From Carpediemonas membranifera BICM (Eukaryota; Protista; Fornicata): a stretch of 64,000 nucleotides of DNA. Each line of letters starts with the position of its first letter. The stretch's first letter is position 1. The notes below the pieces were generated by a model. It was not told the origin of the DNA, did no database searches, and saw only the letters and a program-made list of their open reading frames with translations. Position numbers and translations under genes: made by a program. The stretch covers positions 124,001 to 188,000 of the forward strand of contig JAHDYR010000002.1 of NCBI GenBank assembly GCA_019828565.1, given 5' to 3'. Positions 22,995 through 34,600 of the stretch are shown piece by piece.

Positions 22995-23366
22995 CTAACT
23001 GCGGCGCTTTCTCTTGCTCACAGGGGCGTCAAGGCCGGTTACTTGGATCTGACCGTCGTTGGGGTTGGCTAGCAGGTCATCCATGCCGCTGTCGTCCCCA
23101 CCAGTGCCGCGGGAAATGCTGACGCCCTGTGCGTTCAGATGCCACGTAGACTCGATTTGGTTGTGAGAAAACAATGTTCCAGTGATATTGACTGAAGGAA
23201 AGTCGCTCTCAGCAACTGTAGAGGCCATAGCCTCGTCGAACTTGGCCATTACGGCGTTTCTAACCATCGCATGGTGATTTGAATCCACGTTGATCTCCAA
23301 ATATGTGTCAATGACCTCAGAAAGTGATCTCCCAACCGCAGTAGACGTCCGTGCGTCCGCTAGCAT
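22995..23366 (-). CDS. TOA2: TFIIA small (gamma) subunit
   Basis: RTSTAVGRSLSEVID...VMAKFDEAM...VNITGTL...ESTWHL matches the TFIIA-gamma pattern (RxTTLGxSLxESLD...LxxFDKAI...FRGSL...DNVWTF). Confidence 0.75.
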   Translation of the reverse strand: MLADARTSTAVGRSLSEVIDTYLEINVDSNHHAMVRNAVMAKFDEAMASTVAESDFPSVNITGTLFSHNQIESTWHLNAQGVSISRGTGGDDSGMDDLLANPNDGQIQVTGLDAPVSKRKRRS

Positions 23367-23625
23367 CGCTTGGTCTAGAGCATAAACTGCGATTGTGTCT
23401 TAAAGTGCGGTGGCCATGGCGGAGCCACACCTCCGACACAATTGGGGCGGTGCTCAGCCGCCGAAGCAGCAAAGATCACCTGCCTATGAATTTGATGGCG
23501 TATTAAGCCTGTAAGAGAAAGAGGGCCGAAGCCCGAAAAACGCATCCGTGGTTCGAAGCTCTGCGGCGACAGCTCTTGCTCGACACTGTCTCGACTCGCA
23601 CTCGTACCAATCTCACAAGTAACAT

Positions 23626-24312
23626 TCACGCCTTGCAAGATGAAGCCAACTCGCGCACGTCATCGAAAGCCGTCCGCAGGTCCTCGCGGCTCTTGGCGTA
23701 GACCGACACATTGCCCGTGGTGAAGAGGTTGGTGGTCGCCCCGTCCGGGTCCGACCACTTCGAGTTGACTGCGTCCTGGATCTCGGGTGAGTAGTTACTG
23801 ATGACGGCGTACGACTTGTAAAACTGCGCCAGGTCCACCCTGAAGCCGATGTTGCCCTGTCCATTGACAGAGGTGATCTTGGGCGTGGTGATCACCATCT
23901 CGCGGTACTCCTCGGACTTGCGGAGCTTTCCCTTGAGGTAGTCGGTCACTTTTCGAGGCTCTTCTTCGCTGCGGCAGTCGAGGATGGTGCCCTTGCCCGA
24001 CTGGAAAAGACGAACAGTGATCTTCGTTCCTGAAGGAATCATTGGAAGATTCTTGTTCCCAATATCGATCTGCATGGCAGGTGAAGGCTTAAGGCCAGCG
24101 TTCTCTGAGAACTTGGGGTTGTAGTCCGAGGACAAGCCGAGCTGCTGCAGAGACTGGCTCAAACTCTTCAGTCCGTCCCTAGAAAACTTCTGGGACTTCA
24201 CCTTGAACGAAGCAGCAACAGTGCTCACTCGAACACTTCCAACGTTGTCGCCCTCCAGTAGGCTACTGGTTAAACTGCCCGTTCCGTCTCTATGATCGCC
24301 CACACACATCAA
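23626..24312 (-). CDS. TBP: TATA-binding protein (divergent TBP/TRF)
   Basis: Two TBP repeats: YNPKF...RLFQSGK...CRSEEE and GFRVDL...NYSPEI...NLFTTGN...AKSREDLRTAF. Start uncertain. Confidence 0.8.
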   Translation of the reverse strand: MMCVGDHRDGTGSLTSSLLEGDNVGSVRVSTVAASFKVKSQKFSRDGLKSLSQSLQQLGLSSDYNPKFSENAGLKPSPAMQIDIGNKNLPMIPSGTKITVRLFQSGKGTILDCRSEEEPRKVTDYLKGKLRKSEEYREMVITTPKITSVNGQGNIGFRVDLAQFYKSYAVISNYSPEIQDAVNSKWSDPDGATTNLFTTGNVSVYAKSREDLRTAFDDVRELASSCKA

Positions 24313-24415
24313 ACAGCTGACCTACAGCATCAGTCGCATTTACGTTTTCCTCACAATGTTATCTTGACCTGGAAGAGTGTTCTTGCTGCATTGAGCGGGT
24401 TGAGCGGTTGGGAGC

Positions 24416-25546
24416 TCAGATGCAATACTGCTTGATGGCCTCGAAGCCGTTGAAGTTGACGCTCGAGACGCTGGCGGCGTAGGCGCCGCAGGAGTTGAAG
24501 TACACCAGGTCGCCCGCCCTGAGGCCGACGGGCATGCGGTACTCTTTCTTCTCGTAGATCACGTCGACGCTGTCGCACGTCGGGCCCGCGAGGATGACGG
24601 GCTCGGTCTCATCGCCGTCGCGCGAGGTCGTGATGTTGTACGCGATGGCCTCGCCGAGCGTCTCGCTCAGGCCGTTGAACCTGCCGGCGTCGAGGTACAC
24701 CCAGCGCTTGCAGTCGTCGTTGGACTTGCGCGACACGAGGACGACCTCAGCCTGGAGGACGCCAGAGTCGCCGACCATGGAGCGGCCGGGCTCGATCATG
24801 AGGCGCGGGTGGCGCATGCCGAAGTGGCCGATGACGGACCGCATCACCGCCTCGGCGTAGGCCGGGAGCTCCTCGATCTGCTCCTGGTAGTGCGCGGGGA
24901 GCCCGCCGCCGAGGTCGATCGCCTGGAGCTCGACACCGCGCTCCAGGAGGGTCATGAAGAGCGAGACGACGCGGGTCATGGCGACGTCCCACTGGCTGAG
25001 GTCGAGCTGCTGGGAGCCGACGTGGAAGGAGACGCCGTGGGGCACGAGGCCGACCTCGCGGGCCTGGCAGAGGAGGTCGGCGGCCATCTCGGGCTCGCAA
25101 CCGAACTTGCGGGACAGCGGCCACTGGGCGCCCTCGTTCTCGACGAGGATGCGACAGTAGACCATGGAGCCGGGGGCCGCGCTGGAGATCTTGAGCAGTT
25201 CCTCCTCGGAGTCGAACGCGAAGAGCCTGATGCCGCGGGAGTATGCGTAGGCGATGTCGCGCTCCTTCTTGATGGTGTTGCCGAATGACATGCGCTCGGG
25301 GGACGCGCCGAGGTCGAGGCAGAGCTGGATCTCGGGCAGCGACGCGACGTCGAAGCCGGAGCCCTCCTCGACAAGCACGCGGACGACCTCGGGCGCGGGG
25401 TTCGCCTTAACGGCGTAGAAAACTTCGGTCTTAGGAAGGTACCGGCGCATGGCGCGGTAGTTCTGACGGACGACGTCGAGATCGATCACTAGGCACGGAG
25501 TAGCGGGTTTGTTATCCGCCAGGAACTTTTGAATGCGCTTGTTCAT
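24416..25546 (-). CDS. ODC: Ornithine decarboxylase, fold-type III PLP, bacterial (proteobacterial)-like
   Basis: FYAVKANP (PLP lysine), SFGNTIKKERDI, WPLSRKFG, SFHVGSQQ, IEPGR, GPTCDS, GAY. Confidence 0.92.
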   Translation of the reverse strand: MNKRIQKFLADNKPATPCLVIDLDVVRQNYRAMRRYLPKTEVFYAVKANPAPEVVRVLVEEGSGFDVASLPEIQLCLDLGASPERMSFGNTIKKERDIAYAYSRGIRLFAFDSEEELLKISSAAPGSMVYCRILVENEGAQWPLSRKFGCEPEMAADLLCQAREVGLVPHGVSFHVGSQQLDLSQWDVAMTRVVSLFMTLLERGVELQAIDLGGGLPAHYQEQIEELPAYAEAVMRSVIGHFGMRHPRLMIEPGRSMVGDSGVLQAEVVLVSRKSNDDCKRWVYLDAGRFNGLSETLGEAIAYNITTSRDGDETEPVILAGPTCDSVDVIYEKKEYRMPVGLRAGDLVYFNSCGAYAASVSSVNFNGFEAIKQYCI

Positions 25547-25962
25547 TGCTATTCGCTCTTGTGCTGTTAGTGGCTGCGGCAGGGACTCATTCTGAGATGG
25601 TATGGTTCATTTTGGTCAGGGCAAATCCGGCAAAACATAAAGGCGGATATGACGCTTCTACGGGCATCACAGGTGCTTAGGTCCGTATGCGCGCCCGTTG
25701 GTAGGGCAGACTATTTTGGGCAGACTCAAATTGCCTACTCTAAATCTTTGAGCGTGGTCAAGCTTCGTGGGGTGGCCTCCGACCGAGGGCAATCAGGTGT
25801 GTGTGATGTTATGGGGCCTGTATATAGTCTGCACAGAGTGTGTCTGGCACAGTCGTCGAAGCGAATGACGTAACCATCCCGCGTTGTTGCGTCTCCTCGC
25901 ACATACAAGGAGCTCATAAACTGCCATCCTTCTCACTTCACTTCATTTACTGCAACGTCGTG

Positions 25963-27855
25963 CTACCCCTCGTGTACCCAGACCACCTCGTCCATGATAC
26001 CCGCCTGCTGCCTCACCAGGCCCGCTGCCAGCTCGCTCAGGCTGCTGTACTGACCAGTGCCCGCGTATCGCCGCAGTCCGGGGTTCCCAATGAGCACCCG
26101 CACCGGAACCTGACCGGCCTCGAGGCTGTCCTCGGAGAAGACGAACTCAGGCTCTCTCTGCCTCAGCGAGGAGAGGAGGTCAGCAATGGGCACCGACAGC
26201 ACAAAGAGTACAGCCGGCTCGTCCGGCTGGGTCAGCTGGAGACTGATCTTGAGCGAGGTCGGGTCAGCCGCAGGCCAGGTTTCGGTGAGGAAGACCTGGG
26301 CAACTCTGGGGAACTTGGCGCCAGACCGCTTCAGAGATGCCTTGGGGCAGTTCGCGAGCGAGACTACATCCATGATGTGGTCGAATATATGCCCGAATCT
26401 CTGATCCGCCTCGACTGGGTCGGCCGGGGCCTCCATCGACTCGAGCACAATCGCCTGGAGTCTCCTGAAGTACGCTCGCACGCTATCGCCCACACACCAT
26501 GGCCGCCGCACCAGACCAGGGAACGGCGACGACTCCTGCTCGACCTCAGTCAGGCCCGGGTGCAGGGTAAGGCCGGCCTCGTCGTGTCTGAATATCCCCA
26601 TGAACATCGTGGCGGCCCCGGTCTCCTTCCAGACCCAGGCGCTGCTGTCCACCGGGGTGCCCTTGGACGATGCCTGGGCGGCGCGCTTGGCCTCTGCTAT
26701 GGAGGCGAGCATGCTGACCTTCTTGATCTCTTCGTTCTTGCTCGCAATCTCGGCTTCGATCTTCTTGATTCCTTCTTCAAGGGCCTCGATCTGGCCGTTA
26801 TGATCAGAAGAAAGCTTCGAGTCTGCCGCAAGCTGGGTGGAGAGCTGGTCTATCACGCTCTTCATCCTATCGGCGCCTTCGTTCATCTCAACGTGCTGGT
26901 GTGCCAGGGCGACGGCCTTACGGGTCTCGAGCTCACGATCCTGGGCCACACGGGTGCTCTGGAGGTCCTGAACCTCGTCTAGCTTCTGCTGGACGAACCA
27001 AGGCGTCCTGTCGACGTCGCTGTCGATCTCTGCGTCCTCCTTGAACTCGTCATAGCGGCCCTTCGACTCTTTCCCTAGCTTCTCCCTCACTGTCTTGTCC
27101 AACGACTCGAACCACTGGCAGTAGCGCGCCTTGGCCTCCTTGCTGAACTGGCTCTCCATGGCTGACGTCAGGCCGCCGCAGAGCTCGAAGTAAAAGCTCT
27201 CCGCCTTCGAGTCGGCCTCGGTCTTCGCCTTCTGGATCTTTTTGAGGAACGCTGCGCGGTTTGAAGCCCACTCTCGGTTCGCCGGGTCTCGCACAGCTTT
27301 GGGAGCTCTGCGGCGATTCGAGGTTGGCTGAGGCTCGCAGTTAAACTTCTCGATCAACTCGGCCACGTCTGCTGCGAGCTTCTTCCGCTCTTCCCGGAGC
27401 ACCTTCTCGCCGAATTCCCTTCTGTAGAAGTCGCGGGTCGTGTTGTTCATGCCTGGCGGGGTGAGCGAAGGGGTGCTGGCGCCCCTCAGGGCAGACTTGG
27501 GGCCATTCTTGGTCGCAGTCATCCATTCGTTCAGCTGGTCGAGGGAGGCTAGCTCTGGTATGCTGGTGTCCATCGTGCGGAATTCGTCAAAAAGCTCCTT
27601 TGCTTTGAGCTTGGCGCCTGAACCACCAGTGCGCTTGTCAATGCTCATTGCTAACGCGCTATTGATATCCTCATCCTGTGGCAATGGATTCGTGTAGAGC
27701 GACGGCTTCGAGATGGGATCAGTCAGCGTGTACGTCATCGTCTCATCGCCCATGAGCATGGTTTCGTTACCTACCATGCTTTCATCCAACGTCGAAAGCG
27801 AATACTGGCTTGTGTCGCCTTGAATAAACGTCTCCTCCATCGTCGTTTTGCGCAT
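25963..27855 (-). CDS. coiled-coil protein, possible KNL1/Spc105 (Spc7) homolog
   Basis: N-terminal MEET/NETM/DETMTYT motifs, EAKARYCQW segment, long coiled coil, globular C-terminus. The ORF is solid; the identity is tentative. Confidence 0.45.
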   Translation of the reverse strand: MRKTTMEETFIQGDTSQYSLSTLDESMVGNETMLMGDETMTYTLTDPISKPSLYTNPLPQDEDINSALAMSIDKRTGGSGAKLKAKELFDEFRTMDTSIPELASLDQLNEWMTATKNGPKSALRGASTPSLTPPGMNNTTRDFYRREFGEKVLREERKKLAADVAELIEKFNCEPQPTSNRRRAPKAVRDPANREWASNRAAFLKKIQKAKTEADSKAESFYFELCGGLTSAMESQFSKEAKARYCQWFESLDKTVREKLGKESKGRYDEFKEDAEIDSDVDRTPWFVQQKLDEVQDLQSTRVAQDRELETRKAVALAHQHVEMNEGADRMKSVIDQLSTQLAADSKLSSDHNGQIEALEEGIKKIEAEIASKNEEIKKVSMLASIAEAKRAAQASSKGTPVDSSAWVWKETGAATMFMGIFRHDEAGLTLHPGLTEVEQESSPFPGLVRRPWCVGDSVRAYFRRLQAIVLESMEAPADPVEADQRFGHIFDHIMDVVSLANCPKASLKRSGAKFPRVAQVFLTETWPAADPTSLKISLQLTQPDEPAVLFVLSVPIADLLSSLRQREPEFVFSEDSLEAGQVPVRVLIGNPGLRRYAGTGQYSSLSELAAGLVRQQAGIMDEVVWVHEG

Positions 27856-27965
27856 ATTCTGCACCAACATCGACCAAAACACCCGCCTCGACCTCCGTTG
27901 TAGTAGCCCTGCCTTCCCAAGACACCCCCGAGAGTGATAGTTTACTGTTAATAAAAGAAATACAA

Positions 27966-30877
27966 CTACGGCGTCGGCGGCGTATCCCGCTCGACCTTGG
28001 CCGTCTTGCCCGTGCTAATAGGCGAAGCAAAGTACCGCGGGTCGATCTTCCCACTCATAGCTTGCTCAATCACTGCCGCCTTGCCCCCGGGTGTCCGCGG
28101 TGTCCTTGCAGTAAGAGGGGACGACGTCTGCGGACAAAACGCCTTGGGAGCATCATCAGTCTCCAAAAGCTCGATCGGTGGAGTCCTAAAGTTCGAAGAT
28201 TCATACGCATGAAGCATGCGGGCCATACGATCGCTTGGATCCTTGCCCTTGGCCTCAGCGACTTGGTCCATTGACATAAATTTGTCGGAATAGTCGAGGA
28301 AGACATCGCCTACCTGAACCCCCTTCTCGGCCGCCTTGTAGAGGAGGAACTGCTGGGTCTCGTATAACGGGTCGCGACGTATCGCCTCGTACCGTATCTC
28401 ATCGTCAATGAATTTTTTCTGCGCGTCGTGGAGATCTTCCATATCTTTTTTCAGATTCTTTCTAATCTTACTAGATTTGAGCAGCATGTCATGGAATGTC
28501 ATATGATCCACTCTCGTGGTGTTAACACTCCGCCTAGCCTCCTCCACGGTCTCGATACTCCATGTATGGCGATCAGACTCGGCCTTGGGCGTCCCATCGT
28601 CCTCCTTGGTTCCCTCGTTCGTCCCTGTGGGTTGTTCTGGGTCTGTAGTGGAGATATGGACTCTCCTCCCCTTGGCCCGCCGTTCTTCCTCAGCCTGTCT
28701 TAACCTGCGCTGTGACTCTGGGGGAAGTCGCTCATAAATGCGCTTAGCTCTCTTGAGCTCCTTGGTGTATTGGACAGAATGGGCAGACGGTCTGGCCGAG
28801 GCATATGTGTGGCCTCCCTTTGTGTTACGAACGAGGTCAATCCTTCTTCTGTGCTCCTCGTGAATTTGCTGCTGGGCCTTTTGCTCCAGACGCTTGGCAT
28901 CGTGGTCAAGGAGTTGCTGGATGAGCTTCGGTGATAGCTCAGCGACTCCTATGACGTTGTTCGCATAGTCCAAGTTGCTGTTGAGTTCAATCTTCTTCTG
29001 ACGCAGGTCCACATCCCCAGCAGGGTCATGTTCGACTCCAATAAGCCGCGAAGCATGGCTGTAATTGGCCCGGGCCACGTCCAGGATGTAGCTGTCGGTC
29101 TTGTGCTGCCTTCGTGCCTCATCCGATATCACATCATAGTAGTCTAGCTCGAGCTTCTTAGCGGGGAGCTTATGGCTCGAAATCCGGAGGCGACTCTCGG
29201 CTTGGCGTCGCATGGCGTTCTGCTTGACCTCACGTACGATGTCTTGGCTTGAATCCCGTACTTCCCGGGGCTTGTCGTCGTCTTCCTTCGCCCGACCCGA
29301 CCGCTCATCCTCGTCAGTGTACTCAATAGTCCGCGATCGCCTAAGTTTCTGCTTCCTTACGTGGATCTTGTCAATCTCCTGGACCACATTTCGACCCTCG
29401 TCGACTCTGGGCAGTTTTCGGAACTTATCGAAAGAAAGCTCGTCAATTTCCAGTGACAGTGGGATCTGGTCGGCCGTAGGAGCGGCGAGTGGCTTGGATT
29501 CATTCAGAGGCCGAGGAAGGGGCGTGATGTGCTGGATGGGGCGAGGGCCATGAGGCGACTCAGAGTCACCCGATGCAGTCGACTTCTTGCCGTAAAGATT
29601 GCGGACGGCACGACTCCGTTTGAGTCTGGATGAGGCGTCTTCCACTGTTGTCAGCCGCATGCTTCTCGAGAAGTTGCCGTCTCGGACCCACACCTCGTCG
29701 TCGCTGTCGTCGCTCCTCTGCCCAGTACCGTCGTCCACAATAGTGTCGGGCCCGCCGAGGTCGAGATCACGATCGAACAAGGCCACCATAACATCTTCAT
29801 CAATTGATGTGTCGTCCTCTAAGTCATCCGAGTCACGTCTCATGTCCTCCGGGCCGGCGTCGAGGCGTCCAGTCTGTAGGAAGGCCCTCACCCGGTGCTG
29901 GAGGGCAGTGTCCTTCGCCATTGCTTCTTTGCGGTGCCTCGCCTTAATCTGGCGCTCCTTGATCTTCTCAGATGGTCTGGCTGAGTGGTTCGACCGCAAG
30001 GCCTTGACAACCTCGGCTAAGGCGTCTTTGTAGTCCGACGCACTTGCCTTGAGGATCTCTTTAGCTTCAGATTCAAGGTCGTACTCTCTTCGGGCGAGGT
30101 CAGCCTCATCTACGGTAAGAGGCATGCCGTTCAGCACCTGGAGGTTGCAGAACGGCCCGTCCTTGGGGAGTACGGCCTCGTTCATGTCTACATAGTGCTC
30201 AGTGTCATTGGTAATGCCCTTGAGCCTGTCCCGGACCTCCTGTGGCGAGTCCCGGCCGGGGTTTACCCCGTAGTACTGCAGACGACCCTCTGTCTGAGAG
30301 CTGAAGAGGTTGGGAGTGCGTGCGCCCTTGCGTGCAGCAGTTGCCGGTCGGGGGCGTTGGGGCGGTGCCTGACCGAAGCGGCGGACAAGGTTGGCCCATG
30401 TTCCGTCATCCACGGGCCGGAAGACGAGGTCCGTGAGGAGTGTGACGCGCTCGGTTACATGTGGAAGTGGGTTATCGCGAATATCGAGGTTTGTCAGGTT
30501 GGGACAAACACCGAGGCCCAGAATGTCCGTAATGTGGAGGAGCATGTTGCTGGACAGGTCGATGCGCTCTAGATGGGGCATGGCTGTGATGATCTTGAGC
30601 GGATGGAGGCGAGTGAGGCGGTTGTTAGAGAGATTGAGGTATTTCACAGAGGAAAAGATATAGATGGGTGAAGGGATGTTACGAAGTACCTGTTTGGAGA
30701 CGTCAAGTTCTTCCATCTGCTGCAGGATCTCGGTGGGGTAGTTCTGAGTGAGAATTTGGTAAAAATACGAACTTCGAAGAGGAACTGCAGTGCTTTTGGC
30801 ACACTATTGTCGTCATTATCAAGTGTATCAAGGTCTGTGAGGCTCAAAGGGCCGAGAGGCGGCACTTTAGGCTCCAT
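27966..30877 (-). CDS. Leucine-rich-repeat (SDS22-like) protein with long charged/coiled-coil C-terminus, intron 30744-30772
   Basis: LNLSNNRL, IDLSSNML, LDIRDNPL and LRR cap LQVLNG. A 29-nt GT..AG intron joins exon 1 (MEPKVPP..FLFE) to NYPTEILQQMEEL in frame. Confidence 0.82.
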
Positions 30878-31632
30878 TCCGAGAAAGCGTATGTCGGTGG
30901 CGATAATCTGCGAATAGGACAAGAAGATTGCCTGGCGACTTGGCCCATAGGTCAGAGTGAATGAGGCTTGGCGAAACCTACTTCTAGTCTATTGGGCTGT
31001 GATAATTCGGCCTTTTTGATCTACCGTGCTTTGTCGTCAGGCGACCTGAAGCGTGATGAGCGGGAGACCAACAACTCGTCAAGAATCCAATAAGAGGACC
31101 TAATTCAAGATCTTATCGGGTCTACTCTGCCGGCAACAACAACTGGTCATCTAACCGTGATGGCCTGATGAGTGGGTTGGAACGATGAAACTGGGCCAAA
31201 TCTGTGAGGATCTTGTGGTAGAGTTTGACTGATCTCCAACTAATGGCGACTCTTTTCGACGAGGAACGGGTGTGAAACTCGCTAAGTCAAGTCGGAACAA
31301 TTTGAATGAACAGCTAGTTGTTCTGTAGTTGGCTCGTTAAGACTACCAATGAGCTGTGGCAGTCGGACACAAGATCAGGTCTGCTCGGCCCAGAGGACAT
31401 GAAGCAGCGTTGCCATGGCCGAGAAGGAGGCCACTGCCGTCTCAGAAAAGATGCTCAGCTGTTGCGTGACCCTGCCGACAGACAAATCTCGCACTGACAG
31501 CATGTCATGGGCCGGATGAGAGTCTTACCTCCTGATTTAGCCTTAATAGACATCCTAGGCGTCTGCATGCCAGGCTAACAGCACAAGACTGCTTGAAGAC
31601 TTTGGATATGTACATCGAAAAATCAGGCGATT

Positions 31633-34600
31633 AGTCAGACAGGCTGACGATCCGGTAGACTCCGTCCATTCCCACAGGGGGGGTAGGTAATTTATTGTGT
31701 CGCGTTCTCGCATCGTCCCGGGTCTATCTCTGTGTAAGCCGGAGTAAATTACCTCGCTCGACCTTACGTAATGCCGAGCGTCACCCTCCGAAGGAGGGGA
31801 TCGGGAGCAAGGCTGCCCCGCGGTTTCAGTTCGCTCTTGAACAACTGAACCGCCCTTATGAGACGCACGATCCCGTCTTTGAGATCGTATCGAATCATCC
31901 TCGACCTCTCGCGCCGAAGTTTTGGCTCCGCTGGCCTTGCCAGTCAGACAGGCTGACGATCCGGTAGACTCCGTCCATTCCCACAGGGAACCAGTCGCCG
32001 CCCAAGCGATTGCAGCCGATCGGTGCACTTGGACGTTGAAGGCATAGGGTCTCCCGTCGACCACGAAACCCAGCAGCGGGCTGTCCGAGGCCCTGACCCC
32101 TAACTGGTAGTAGCCCTTGACTAGGTCCAAGCGTGCCATGTAGTCTCCTTCGCGAAGCTGGGCCATCGCTTGCTTGACTCCCTTCAGCCGAAAGGTTCGA
32201 TGTTCCGTTGACACTGCGTTCAATGCCCTTAGGTCGTGGATCAGACGCGTCTCTGGTGGCGTCTTCGGCACAGTGAAGATAGGTGAGATCAAGCTGGGAG
32301 ACCGGCATGGGCTTGCCGCGCCCAGGCTCAGGAGGGTTTTTCAGGTGGTCGCGGAATGCCTTGCGGTCCTTGGCGCGAGTTGGTGGTAGGCGCGGATGAC
32401 GAGGGTGCGCTCTTAGGGATATCGGGACGCCCTCGCGTAGCCACGTAACCACCTCTGATGGCGCGCCCAAGTGCCTCCATAGGCGCCACTGCCTGTTGAT
32501 GCAGGGAAATGGTGGAACTGACGGGGGAGGAGGTGCTGTGGACGGGGGAGGAGGAGGCGTCGGTGACAGGGGAGGAGATTGAGGAGTAGTGGGATTTGTG
32601 GTTGGATGAGGAGTTAGGACCTGTGGACCGGGGCGAGGATCCTTGATGGGTGGTTTCTTTTGACTTAGTTTGAGTTCTTCGTGCCGGCGCGCTTCGGCTT
32701 CTTCCCGTGAAAACCCCGGTTGCCGCCGTCATGTCCGGTGCCGGGCTTGGTGTTCTTCTCGGTCAGGCGGGGGATCTTGGACAGGGTGCGGAGGACGAGA
32801 GTCTCGATCTCCGTCTCGTTCATCTCGTGGCGCTCGGCAAGGGCGGCCATGCCCGCGGTGGAGACAGCAGAGGCGGCTAGGTAGCCGTAGCGGTCCTTCA
32901 CCCATAGGACTCGGTGACGGAGGAAGATGCGAGCGAGTACGGCGAAGCCACTGATTCGATTGAACTTGAAGCTGCGGTAGATCTCCTCGAGGAACTCCGC
33001 CTCTTCGCGCATAGTGGATGAAGCAGGACGCTTCCAAGTCATGGTGGTCTCTTGCCGAAGCAGATCTACTGTCTCTCGGACGTTGCCGCCGGCAGTAAAT
33101 GCGTCTTGAAGCTGTTGAACGGTGGCTTTGAGCTCTGCGATCTCTTGGGCGGCGTCTCCCATCTGTTTCAGTTCGCTCTTGAACAACTGAACCGCCCTTA
33201 TGAGACGCACGATCCCGTCTTTGAGATCGTATCGAATCATCCTCGACCTCTCGCGCCGAAGTTTTGGCTCCGCTGGCCTTGCCAGTCAGACAGGCTGACG
33301 ATCCGGTAGACTCCGTCCATTCCCACAGGGAACCAGTCGCCGCCCAAGCGATTGCAGCCGATCGGTGCACTTGGACGTTGAAGGCATAGGGTCTCCCGTC
33401 GACCACGAAACCCAGCAGCGGGCTGTCCGAGGCCCTGACCCCTAACTGGTAGTAGCCCTTGACTAGGTCCAAGCGTGCCATGTAGTCTCCTTCGCGAAGC
33501 TGGGCCATCGCTTGCTTGACTCCCTTCAGCCGAAAGGTTCGATGTTCCGTTGACACTGCGTTCAATGCCCTTAGGTCGTGGATCAGACGCGTCTCTGGTG
33601 GCGTCTTCGGCACAGTGAAGATAGGTGAGATCAAGCTGGGAGACCGGCATGGGCTTGCCGCGCCCAGGCTCAGGAGGGTTTTCAGGTGGTCGCGGAATGC
33701 CTTGCGGTCCTTGGCGCGAGTTGGTGGTAGGCGCGGATGACGAGGGTGCGCTCTTAGGGATATCGGGACGCCCTCGCGTAGCCACGTAACCACCTCTGAT
33801 GGCGCGCCCAAGTGCCTCCATAGGCGCCACTGCCTGTTGATGCAGGGAAATGGTGGAACTGACGGGGGAGGAGGTGCTGTGGACGGGGGAGGAGGAGGCG
33901 TCGGTGACAGGGGAGGAGATTGAGGAGTAGTGGGATTTGTGGTTGGATGAGGAGTTAGGACCTGTGGACCGGGGCGAGGATCCTTGATGGGTGGTTTCTT
34001 TTGACTTAGTTTGAGTTCTTCGTGCCGGCGCGCTTCGGCTTCTTCCCGTGAAAACCCCGGTTGCCGCCGTCATGTCCGGTGCCGGGCTTGGTGTTCTTCT
34101 CGGTCAGGCGGGGGATCTTGGACAGGGTGCGGAGGACGAGAGTCTCGATCTCCGTCTCGTTCATCTCGTGGCGCTCGGCAAGGGCGGCCATGCCCGCGGT
34201 GGAGACAGCAGAGGCGGCTAGGTAGCCGTAGCGGTCCTTCACCCATAGGACTCGGTGACGGAGGAAGATGCGAGCGAGTACGGCGAAGCCACTGATTCGA
34301 TTGAACTTGAAGCTGCGGTAGATCTCCTCGAGGAACTCCGCCTCTTCGCGCATAGTGGATGAAGCAGGACGCTTCCAAGTCATGGTGGTCTCTTGCCGAA
34401 GCAGATCTACTGTCTCTCGGACGTTGCCGCCGGCAGTAAATGCGTCTTGAAGCTGTTGAACGGTGGCTTTGAGCTCTGCGATCTCTTGGGCGGCGTCTCC
34501 CATCTGTTTCAGTTCGCTCTTGAACAACTGAACCGCCCTTATGAGACGCACGATCCCGTCTTTGAGATCGTATCGAATCATCCTCGACCTCTCGCGCCGA

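Noticed and set aside
24290-24345. Possible 5' intron in TBP
   Set aside because: The candidate GT..AG segments lack the AC-NYAG ending of the other introns, and no upstream in-frame ATG was found.
25840-26982. Long antisense ORFs (e.g. 25840..26982, 20692..21567, 55790..57180)
   Set aside because: These are shadow frames opposite well-supported GC-rich genes and have no motifs.
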